Assembly: GCA_963767925.1 (NCBI GenBank)
Contig: CAVYGB010000001.1
Span: 128,001 to 192,000 of the forward strand
Length of the DNA: 64,000 nt
Direction: 5' to 3'
From: an uncultured delta proteobacterium
Lineage (GTDB): Bacteria > Myxococcota_A > Polyangia > Fen-1088
In this document: positions 30,370-39,756 of the stretch, piece by piece
Numbering within the stretch: position 1 is the first letter of the stretch
Layout of the letters: each line of letters starts with the position of its first letter
Translations under genes and position numbers: made by a program
The notes under the pieces: generated by a model
What the model saw: only the letters and a program-made list of their open reading frames with translations
What the model was told of the DNA's origin: nothing
Database searches by the model: none

Positions 30370-32349
30370 TCATCGCGGGGACGGGAGAAAGGCCAGGTCC
30401 TCGGCGCCCAGTGTCGGTACCACCAGGGCACGGTCGAGGTACTGATTGAACCGCTCGCAAGAGCACTCTGCGACGAACAGACAGCCGTGGCAGGCGGCGC
30501 CTTCCAGGTAACGCTCGCCCAGGTCCGAGGCGGGGGAGTGTCCGGCGCAAACGGGGTCGTGTGAGCACAGGCTGCCCAGGTCGACGGCGCGTCGCAAGTG
30601 GCGTTCGAGATGGCGGCCTTGCTCCACCAGGCCGCCCAGGGTCCCCTCCGCCCCGGGAGTGCCGGTTGAGATGAGCAGCCCGGACATGGGGTGGTCGGTG
30701 TCGCCGGGCTCGGAGCAGTAGAGGCGCTCGACGAGCGAGCTGGCGCTGTAGCCGCACTCCAGCGAGAGGGCGTTCATCAGCAGGTGGGACAAGGAGTGCA
30801 GCATGTAGAAGCGCGCGCCGGGGAAGCGGATGTCTGGCAGCTCGTCCAGGCGGACGCCCATCGATTCGGCCTGGTGGCGCCGCCAGGCCTCGAAGCCCTT
30901 GCGCAGCTCGGTCTCGCGCTTGCGGACCGTGGGGCGCTGCTCCCAGCGGGCGACGGAAGTGGCGGACAGTTGCAGAAAGAGGCCCTCACCGTTGATCTCG
31001 GCAGCCGGGAGCCAGTCCGTGTGCAATCCCAGGCGCGCGGAGGTGACCCGCAGGTCGAACTCCCCCTGCAGGTCAGCGGCGGGCGCTTCGAGCCGGGTGA
31101 ACCCGAGCTGGACGCGCACCTCGCGCAGGCGGGGAACCAGCACGACCTTCTCCACGAGCGGCGGCAGGTCGGGATCGCGGGGCAGGGTGGCGGCGTGGAA
31201 GGCGGCGCCGGGCGGGGGCATGTCGCCGCCGCGCTCGAGGGACCGCGTCGTGAGGCAGCGCCACTCGGCGGAGCGCAGGGGTTCCAGGGTCGGGCGGCGG
31301 TCCTCGCGAATGGCCTGGATGGTGTCGAAGATCTCCTGGTCCGCATAGTCGGCGAGCTTGCGGCCCGTCTGCTTGCGAACGAAGGGAAGGTCCGTCATGG
31401 CCTCGACCGGCGCCAGGAAGGTCCAGCAGGCGGAGACGGCGTCGTGGAGGGCGCGGCTGGGATCGGGAATGCTCAGACCGCTCACCACCTGGGCGAAATA
31501 GGCGTTGCTGGCCGCGCGGGAGAGCAGGCGGAGCTGCTCCTTGCATTCCTGGTCGGATTCACGACCCAGCCAGGGGCGCTGGCCCGAGCAGGGGCCGTTC
31601 GCGTTCGGGGCGTAGGCCCGGACCAGGGGCTGCGGCGGGGCGTCGCAGGAGGTGCACTCGACGAGGATCTCCGAGACGTCGCCGGAGGCGCCTTCCCGCA
31701 GCCGGACGATGGGGCTCGGGCAGATGGGCTGATCGCCGGCTCGGTGCGCGAATCGGGCCCAGCGAAACTCCTCGATGTGCCCGTGGCGGCAGGCAAGCAC
31801 GAAGCGGGCCGGGAGGCAGCGCCCCTTGCCGCCGCGGTCGCAGGCGTGCTCGTAGGGGGCCCGCCGCTGGTCCTGCAGATCGTTGCCCGGCACCAGCAAC
31901 CGGCAGCGCTGGCAGAAGAAGGAGGCCGGGAACTGCAGGACCTGGACCCCCTGGCTGGGCAGGTGCTGGCGGTCATCGGAGACCGGCGGTATCCGGAAGG
32001 CGTGGTCCTCGGACAGCACGCCCCGCTCGGCCTCTTTCATGCGAGCGGCGATGATCTGCCGGAGTCGGGGCTCCTCGATGAACGTCGTCGAGCTGGCGTC
32101 GCGGTAGCGCCAGAAATCCAGGCCCCCGACCAGCACCGCCTCGTTCAGCAGGTCCATCAGCGCGCCGGGGCCGTAGGTCGACACGGTCTGGCTGGCGCGC
32201 GCCGTGCCGACGAAGTTTTGCGTGGTCGCGCCACCGCTCGCGCGCCCGGCGCCCTTGAACCACGGCTTGCGTCTGGGCGGCAGGCGTCCCGCCGGCGCGC
32301 CCGCGTCCTTCGTGCGCGGCGCGGGCGTCTTACTCTTCGGCTGCGCCAT
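30370..32349 (-). CDS. drmB: DISARM DUF1998 protein
   Basis: R.SQ.VSTYGPGALMDL, RFVLAC.HGHIEEF, HSLSHLLM, GTLGGLV, CSHDPVC...GAACHGC. Own SD (AAGGAGG) and ATG at 32349. Confidence 0.92.
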   Translation of the reverse strand: MAQPKSKTPAPRTKDAGAPAGRLPPRRKPWFKGAGRASGGATTQNFVGTARASQTVSTYGPGALMDLLNEAVLVGGLDFWRYRDASSTTFIEEPRLRQIIAARMKEAERGVLSEDHAFRIPPVSDDRQHLPSQGVQVLQFPASFFCQRCRLLVPGNDLQDQRRAPYEHACDRGGKGRCLPARFVLACRHGHIEEFRWARFAHRAGDQPICPSPIVRLREGASGDVSEILVECTSCDAPPQPLVRAYAPNANGPCSGQRPWLGRESDQECKEQLRLLSRAASNAYFAQVVSGLSIPDPSRALHDAVSACWTFLAPVEAMTDLPFVRKQTGRKLADYADQEIFDTIQAIREDRRPTLEPLRSAEWRCLTTRSLERGGDMPPPGAAFHAATLPRDPDLPPLVEKVVLVPRLREVRVQLGFTRLEAPAADLQGEFDLRVTSARLGLHTDWLPAAEINGEGLFLQLSATSVARWEQRPTVRKRETELRKGFEAWRRHQAESMGVRLDELPDIRFPGARFYMLHSLSHLLMNALSLECGYSASSLVERLYCSEPGDTDHPMSGLLISTGTPGAEGTLGGLVEQGRHLERHLRRAVDLGSLCSHDPVCAGHSPASDLGERYLEGAACHGCLFVAECSCERFNQYLDRALVVPTLGAEDLAFLPSPR

Positions 32350-32417
32350 CAGGCATCTCCTCCTTCGACCTGGCCCCGATCCCGCACGATCGGCAGCAGG
32401 CGGCACGGCCGGCGCGC

Positions 32418-35400
32418 CTACTTCTGCTCGCCTGCATCTCGTTGCTCCGCGTTGCCGAGGCTTCGCCGGGCGAGCCACAGGGACACGGGCGCCTCCACGT
32501 CCCGCATCGAGGTCGGCGCCTGGAAGCGGGCGGCATCCGCATCGAGGGCGACACCGCTGTCCTCCAGCCGCGTGCGCAGCAGAGCCTGGCGCTTGCTGCA
32601 GCCCTGATCGAAACGCGAGTACACCCGCGGCTGCTCGCCCTTGCTGGCGCCCTGGACGATGCGATCCCAGGAATCGAACAGAACTCCCGCACGCATGCGG
32701 ACGTCGCGGGCGATCTTCTCCGCAACCTCGGGGGTCCCATCGACGGCTGCGCAGGTCGCGGCGCGCTCGGCGATCTGGTCGATGACCCGGTCGCGCTGGG
32801 CGAGGTTGTCGCGGATCGAGCCGGCAGCGCCCGGGGTGATCAGCGCTGGCAGCCCCAGGCGGGTCATCGCCACTAGGGCGCCGGCCAGGCCCCGTTCGAG
32901 GGCGGGGATGGAGAACGGGGTCACGCTGGTGGCCTCCACGTTGGCGTAGAAGGCCTCGTGGTAGGCCTGGAAATGCTCGTAGTGCGAGCGGTCGCGCGGA
33001 CGGTAGGCGTTGAACGCGACCACGACAAGGCCGGGACGGTTGCGGTCGCGGCCGACGCGGCTGGTGGCCTGGATGTATTCGCTGGTTGTCTTGGGCTGGC
33101 CGGCCACCACCATCAGGCCCAGGCGGGGGACGTCCACTCCGACCGAGATCATGTTGCTGGCCAGGGTCACGTCGACGGTCTGGTTGCCGCCATGGGCCTG
33201 CTCCAGCCGGCGCTTGGCCTCCGTGATCCGCTGGGTGCTCTCCCGGCTGGTCAGCTCGAGCGGCTCGCTGTGCAGGTGCCGGACCTGGAACCAGGGGCTG
33301 GGGCCGTCGTGATCCTCGGGCACACGCTTGTCGGCCTGCGCGCAGCGGGTGCGCACCTCGTCCTCGACAAGGCGGCGCATGCCGCCCAGCTCGCGCAGGC
33401 TGTTGAAGTACCCCACCAGGGTCATGTACGTGTCGGCCAGCTCGGGGCCGTCCGGGAGCTGCTCGTACGCCCGCTGCGCGGCAGTGAGCAGGGCGCTGTA
33501 GATCCGAAGGAGGACGGCCTTCACCGCCCGCCCCGGAGCGGCGACGCCCAGGTAGAGGCGGCCGTGTCCGCCCCTGCTCGTGGGCCCCGAAGAAGGAGTC
33601 CGAGGCGTCGATCCCGGCCGGGGGAAATACGGCGGACGGCCGGGCGAACAGCGCGCGGATCTGCTGGCGGGCGCGGCGGACGGTGGCCGTCGAGGCGATG
33701 ACCTTGGGTCGCAGCGGGCGCCCGTCGGGGCGCTCCCGGGCGCACAGGCCATCGACCGCCATCTCGTAGAGGCCAACCATGGTGCCCAGCGGGCCGGAGA
33801 TCAGGTGCAGCTCGTCCTGGATGATGAGCTCAGGCGGGCGCAGGCCGTCGGGCAAGGCCTGCCCGCGGGCGGCGTCGGCCGGTCGGTCCATGTGACCGAC
33901 GAAGGCGCGGCCGTCACGGGCCAGCACCCGCCCGAACAGCGCCGCCGTCTCGCCGCGGAAGGGCAACATGGCCAGCTTGTCGACGGTGGCGATCACGAAG
34001 CCGGGTAGCTCGCGGTAGAGCAGCTCGTCGATGAACAGCACCGGGATGCCGTCGCCGCTCGCCAGCGTGAACGGGCAGGTGCCGTCGGTGGACACGCAGC
34101 CGACCCGCACCTCCGGGAAGCGCACCCCCTCCTCGCGCACGTCGAGGCTGGCCCGCGACAGCGGCCGCTGGCACCACGGGCAGCTCGTCAGCGGGCAGGG
34201 GATGGCGTCGCCGGGTTGCTCCCGGTAGGCCTCGAGAAGCTCCTTCATCCCCTTGACGTCGTTGGCGGTGGCCGCCTTGCCGACCCAGAGGCCGAGCGAG
34301 AAGCGCACGCTGCCCAGCCGCCCCGGATCGGCTTGCCGCAGCAGCTCCAGGGCGCAGACGAGGGTGGCGGCTCGCCCGAGCTGGTCGAGGGTCAGCAGGC
34401 GCAGGGTGTAGCGCAGCAACACCGCCACCCCGAGCCCCCCGTCCGGGCGGGCGGCCCCGCGCAGCCGGCGCAGGATCAGGATGAAGGCCGCCAGCCCCAG
34501 GTAGGCCTCGGTCTTGCCGCCGCCGGTGGGAAAGAAGATCAGCTCCACCAGCTCGCGGTCGTCGTGCCCGTCGTCGGCCACACCGGGGAGGCTGAGCAGG
34601 AGGAAGGCGAGCTGGAACGGGCGCCAGGCCGGCACGACGTTGGTCCGGGAGCGGTCGCGCTGCTTCGCCTGGTCCGCCATGGCCCGGTTGGCGAGCCGGA
34701 AGGCCTCCCGGACCTGGTCGTCGCTGGCCAGCAGGTCGATCCCCTCGCGGATGCGGTCGCGCGCGCGCCGGGCCTTGTCCGCGAGCTGCCGGGCAAAACT
34801 CGCGCGCCGGCCGGTCAGGGCGGCGCCCTTGCCCGCCTCGCGCTCGATCCAGGCGGCGTAGCCGTCGACCAGGCCGGTCAGCGCCGCCCGCACCGCCGCG
34901 CCGTCGGCCAGCCCCGCGAGCGCCTCCATGCCCAGGGTGACCCCCGCCCCCAGGTTCTCCCGGGTCTCGACGAGGGGCACCACCGCCCGGGGCATCCACA
35001 CCGTGCGCGCGCCGATCACGCGCCCGGTGGCGGGATCGGGGTCGGCGATCGGCTCGGCGGAGATGCCGTGCCCCACCGCCCACTCGCGTTGCCCCCGGTA
35101 CTGCAGGTCCGCCGTGCGATCGTCCTCGTCGTCGAGCCGCTCGCCCCGCTGCTTGGGCCAGGCGACGAGGGCATGTGACGAGTCGATGGTGACTGCCAGC
35201 TCGACCTGGAACACGAGCGCCTGATCGGCCTCGCGCCCATCGAGGGGGCGGCGGCAGTTCACGATGAAGACCGAGAGCGCCCGGGTGCCCTCGGGGAGGC
35301 CGGGGGCGGGGAGGAGCTGGTATTCCACCTCGAGGCTGTCCGGCTGCCCGTCGCCGGCGTCGGCGCCGTCCCCGGTGGAGCCGCCCGGCGGGCCGGCGCT

Positions 35401-36033
35401 GCCCGGAACTCGAAGGCGCCCGGTCGTGCCGGTGAGGGCGATGGGAATGGACACGGGGGCGTGCGGGATCCGGCGCCATAGCAGGCGCGCGGGGGACGGC
35501 CCGCCGCCGGCGGCGTTCTCGGCGGCGTCGCCGGAGGCCGGCCCGGGCCGTTGCCCGTCTCGATCGCCGACCTGGCCCCTGCCGCGCCCCACCCCGGCTC
35601 CATGCTCCCCGTCACCAGCGTTTCCGCGGAAATCTTCCTCGGATTCGGGGAGGTAGTCGGCCCAGCCGAGGGTGGCGGTGACCCTGTCCACCCCGGGCGG
35701 TAGCAGCAACGACAGCCCCATCGACGCGGGCCACAACATTCGCCGCTTCGGTTTCTGCTCCTCCGGCTCGGAGGTGGCATCGTCAGTCCCGGCGGCCATC
35801 TCCTCGTCGGGCTCCTTGTCCTCAACGGGAGACTCGTCGTCCTCGTTGAGAACCGCCACCCGCCGCGCCTCCGGCGCTAGGAAGCCGGTCAGGTACCAGC
35901 GGGAGGGTGCCCGGGGCAGCAGTTCGTCGGTGTGGGCGGGTTCGAAGGGGCCGATCAGGTCGGCATGCAGCGCCGAGACGAACTGCTCGCGGATGGCGGC
36001 ACTGCGTGCGGCCCGGGTCGCGGGGTCGCTCAC
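32418..36033 (-). pseudogene. drmA: DISARM SF2 helicase, split by a single frameshift near 33570-33590
   Basis: Frame A: DLIGP, PSRWYLTGFL, FPTGGGKTEAY, IIQDELHLI, ASTAT. Frame B: RLYLGV, GYFNSLRELGG, ELTSR, NMISVGVD, EYIQATSRVGR. GTG start overlaps the drmMI stop. Confidence 0.9.
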
Positions 36034-37496
36034 GAGGCTTTCCTCTTGCCGGGCTTCGCGCGGCTGGCGTTCTTGGCCGTCGCAACCGGCTTCCGCGGCG
36101 CCCGTCTTGGGCTGCGGCGGGGGCCGCTGGTTTCGGACACCGCGGCGGCGGCGTCGGTGGTGGCCGGATCGTCCGCGGTGGCGTCTTCGGCCGCGGCGCG
36201 CTCGGCGTTCAGGGCGAACAGGCGATCGATGACCGCATCGCTGAAGCGCTCGAAGGCGGTCCGCTGTTCCGCCGTGGTCGGGGTCTCGAAGAGTGGGACG
36301 TCGATCTCGGACCATCCGTAGGCGGCCAGGACGGCCCGATCCATCTCCTCGTGCAGGTGCCGAAGCTCGACGATGGCGGGGTCGCGGTTGGCGGCGTCCT
36401 TGAGCTGATTGTAGGTGGTGGTGAGGCCCTGATCGCGCCCGACCATCAGTTTGGCACGAGCGTCATAGAGTCGCTTGCCAATGTCGTTGAGCTGGCCGGA
36501 GTTGGCGAATCGGTTCGAGTCGGGAAAGGGGAAGGTATCGAAGCAGTCGCTTGCGGCGTAGCGAAGGTCGGTCTTCATCGAGGAGGATAGGAGGCGCGCC
36601 CAGAGCTCATGAATGCGCGATTGGAGAGTCCCGAAGTCGGCGGCACGTTTGAGAATAAAGACGTACATACTTTCGGCGAATACGCGATCAGTATCCTGGA
36701 GTGAAAAACATAGGTGCTTCGTGACCCTCGATGTTACGAGGCATCGATCGTTCATTCCTAGAGCCGCGGTTAAAGCCGGTCGTTTGTCTGCGTAGTGCCA
36801 CCAGTACTTTCGGTGCGCGGCTCGGTTCACGCGATCGCGTTCCGGCTTAACTTTCTCACGAACGATATGAAGTAGATCGGGCCAGCGCTCCGCCTCTTGG
36901 AGGCTCATGTCTCCAAAATTGATCACGAAACGATCGAAGTCCTGCGTCGGGCTTGTGTTGACCTCCTCGCCCCCGAGATAAGGAAAAATGAGTTTTTCGT
37001 TGGCCGCATTCTGGCGGATCAGCGCCTTCCGTTCCTCGGGCGTCAACACGAAGCCCATCCCTAGGACATACGAACCCACGTAGCAAAGGCCCTTGTTTGC
37101 CCGGAGCGGTCTCGGGTCGGGACGCTCTTCTGCGTTCAGAAGCCGCGAATTGATATTGGTGACCTCGCGGCCATCGAGACGTTTCAGGAGCGCCGGCAGG
37201 TCACATAGATGGCCCTTCGCAATGTGCACCAGTGAAATCGAGACCGCAGCCTCACCTGGCCAAGGCATGTTTCGGACCGCATCATAAATTGCGCCGCTTT
37301 CGCTCAATATTCGTTGTAGCCCAGATTGTCGAGTATCGCCCTGAGCTATCGTCTTCGTCGCGACCACCTCGCGCGCCTGCGGCGTCAGGGGAGGAAAGCC
37401 GCGCGAGCCGGTCTGGACCCGGGTATCGTCCTGCTCGGCCAGCGTCTCGTCGTCGATATCCTCGCCGTCCTCGGTAACGTCCGCCGAGGTGGACAC
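36030..37496 (-). pseudogene. drmMI: DISARM class 1 adenine methyltransferase, C-terminal/TRD half only
   Basis: AT.TIAQGDTR, PWPGEAAV, GS.VLGMGF, YLGGEEVN, KVKPER, WWHYAD, SRIHELWA, RYAASDCFDTFPFP, GLTTTYN, DRAVLAAYGW. No SAM-binding or NPPY/F motif in the ORF. Confidence 0.82.
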
Positions 37497-37724
37497 AGGT
37501 CGGGCTCGTTTCTCAATACAACCTTAGCAACTTGGGCGCACCGGGGCTTCTGACAGCCCCATGCCAACTTGGGCTGTCCAGGGGGTCGAGTCCAATTGGG
37601 AAATCCGCGTGCAATGGACGAGCGAATTTCGCGGGCCTGATAACCGCCCGTTTCCCGGTTTCCGAGATAGAAGAACTGACCGCATTTGGATCACAGAGCG
37701 ATACGGGCTCAGAAAGGCACACAC

Positions 37725-37985
37725 ATGTTCAATCGAAAATGGGTCTTCGGCTCCATCCTGGGAGGCATTCTCGCAGCCGCGCTGTCTTTCGTCGCGACCG
37801 AGAAAACCGCTGTCGCTTGCGGCGTGAGCATATACGACGCGATCGGGGCGTGCCCGCAGGGGTATTGTGACTATAGCCAGGACGTAGGAAGGTGCCTATG
37901 TGCGCCTGAGTTCATCGGGTTCCCGTGCTTTACTACATACTGCAATTGCACCGAGGGCCGACGCTGCCGAAATCAAAGCTGCTGA
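37725..37985 (+). CDS. Secreted 10-Cys EGF-like peptide
   Basis: SD AGAAAGG, signal peptide ending AVA, 55-aa mature region with 10 Cys including CLCAPEFIGFPC. Confidence 0.8.
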   Translation: MFNRKWVFGSILGGILAAALSFVATEKTAVACGVSIYDAIGACPQGYCDYSQDVGRCLCAPEFIGFPCFTTYCNCTEGRRCRNQSC

Positions 37986-38294
37986 TTTGACGTTTAGCCC
38001 AAGCGAGGATGCGAGGCTTGTAAAGCGAGCACGCTTCCTCGCATACGGGCCACTCCCGAAGTTCGTCTCTTGGTCTTGGGAGCGAACCGCGTGTGGTAGC
38101 CTCGCTGGTCTAGCGAAAGGTAATTCTGCGACGCGTCACGCAGGGCGACCTCTGCCGTCGGTGCCATCTGGCGAGCAGAATCGGCCTGCGGCTAACTGCG
38201 TGTCTCCAGGCGCGGAATAACGCGCCCACAGGTCTTTTTCCATTTTCCTGGTTACAACCCTGGGCTCGTCGAACTGCAGAAAGGAACGTCCATC

Positions 38295-39056
38295 ATGAAA
38301 CCGAGTTCGAGTCTTCCGAAATGGCTCATCCGTATCGGCCTGACCTGTTTGCTTGTGATGGTCGGGGCCGCCGGCGGGTTGGCCATCCGGTCTGTGAAGT
38401 CCAAAGTGCCAATCGAAGGTTTAGTTTCGGCCCTCCTGGACCCGCCGTTGAGGAGGGGAACCGCCTCGGCAGACAAGCAGGACGACCTGAAGACATCTTG
38501 CAATGTCCCGCTTCTTACCGTTTCCAATGACGTAGAGAAGGATCCGCGAAGCCCGCGCTACGATCCTGCCGCGCTCGCTTACCTCGGAGTCGAGCCCCGA
38601 GAGATTTTCGCAAAAGAGCCCCGCAATGGGCGCTGGGCAACCACGCTGGAATCGACCATCGGTCGGCAGATGCTCGCTGATGCCACGGTCATGGTTCCCC
38701 AGATCAAGGGCGGTGTCGTAGAATGTCGGACCAGAGCCTGCAAGGTCACCTGGACGCCCGGGACCCTCGAAGATGATAAGCGATTCGAGCGCGCGCTGGG
38801 CTTGGCCGGGCCCGCGTCGACGTATCGTCAGGTCCGTGAACCGGACGGGCGAAACGGCATCATATACCTCTTCCGGCCGGTCGAATACCTGCGAACCCAA
38901 TATGGTGATCGCGCCTCAGATTTCGACGCGAGCGACGCTGACGCTTACGCGAGAACATACCTCGCTCGCAGAGCAATGCTTCTGTCCGACTTTCGCGCCG
39001 GGAAGCGCAAGTTGCCACCTCTGATAGCTGACGCCCGGTTGCCGGAGGTGAAATGA
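38295..39056 (+). CDS. Membrane-anchored hypothetical protein (E-x-R-x3-WA...CX4C motif)
   Basis: SD AAAGGA, N-terminal TM helix, KEPRNGRWA...VECRTRACKV. Confidence 0.75.
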   Translation: MKPSSSLPKWLIRIGLTCLLVMVGAAGGLAIRSVKSKVPIEGLVSALLDPPLRRGTASADKQDDLKTSCNVPLLTVSNDVEKDPRSPRYDPAALAYLGVEPREIFAKEPRNGRWATTLESTIGRQMLADATVMVPQIKGGVVECRTRACKVTWTPGTLEDDKRFERALGLAGPASTYRQVREPDGRNGIIYLFRPVEYLRTQYGDRASDFDASDADAYARTYLARRAMLLSDFRAGKRKLPPLIADARLPEVK

Positions 39057-39643
39057 TTCGGCGAATTGTATATGTCGTAGCGCCGATTTTTCTGGGTCTA
39101 TTTGCCGTTCTCGCCTGGCCGTTTAAAACGCAGACATCGCCGGTGATGTCAGAAGAAGTTTCCAGCGAAGCTCAGAGCAGGCCCGGGAGCGTTTCGAAGA
39201 GTCGAGTGCAAGCGACTAATACAGTGTCACTCGCTTTGAAGGCCGTTGAACTTGCCCGTCGGGAACCTCAAGCGGAGATCCAGCGACCATTGTCGGACTT
39301 CGACAGGATTGCGATAAGGGATCGTCGTGCGACAAATCTTAAGGGCGGGATCATGGACGCCATGGACGAGCGAGACGCTGTAGTCGAAGAGACCTGCCCG
39401 GGATTTTCAAACCTGGAAAACACGACCCTGGAAGTCGTATTCCAAGTGGAGGCGAGCCAGGGTAAGGCGGCCGTTCGGAACCCCTCGTTACGTGTCCTGA
39501 GCGGCGCCCCGATAGAGCCGAGCCTCGAGCGTTGCTACCTGGGCGTGATCTCCTCGTTCGAACTGACGGCGCGGCCCTCGAGAGACTTCCTCGACTACGA
39601 AGGGTCTGTCGACATCCAATCCGTGTTTGGAGCAAAACCCTGA
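39053..39643 (+). CDS. Membrane-anchored protein with possible TonB-C/AgmX-like C-terminal domain
   Basis: N-terminal TM, ATGA coupling to upstream gene, TCPG...LEVVFQV...LERCYLGVISSFEL. Confidence 0.65.
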   Translation: MIRRIVYVVAPIFLGLFAVLAWPFKTQTSPVMSEEVSSEAQSRPGSVSKSRVQATNTVSLALKAVELARREPQAEIQRPLSDFDRIAIRDRRATNLKGGIMDAMDERDAVVEETCPGFSNLENTTLEVVFQVEASQGKAAVRNPSLRVLSGAPIEPSLERCYLGVISSFELTARPSRDFLDYEGSVDIQSVFGAKP

Positions 39644-39756
39644 GAATTCCGGCAGAGAATGCCTTCTGTTCGGTCGTCAGGTGGCATTGGCAGTAACAAG
39701 ACCGCTCTGTCGGCTGGTCCTGGTAGTTCTCGGGCCGGCCGCGTCGCCACTAATCC

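Noticed and set aside
30370..36315. 1981-aa ORF as a natural DrmA-DrmB fusion
   Set aside because: Its middle is out-of-frame Arg/Pro/Gly-rich text, the helicase C-lobe lies in another frame, and drmB has its own SD and ATG.
37725..37985. RiPP (ranthipeptide or lanthipeptide) precursor
   Set aside because: Sec-type signal rather than a leader peptide, and no radical SAM, LanM, YcaO or peptidase-transporter nearby.
28700..39700. Integrative element or prophage boundaries
   Set aside because: No integrase, tRNA, transposase or flanking direct repeats were visible by eye.
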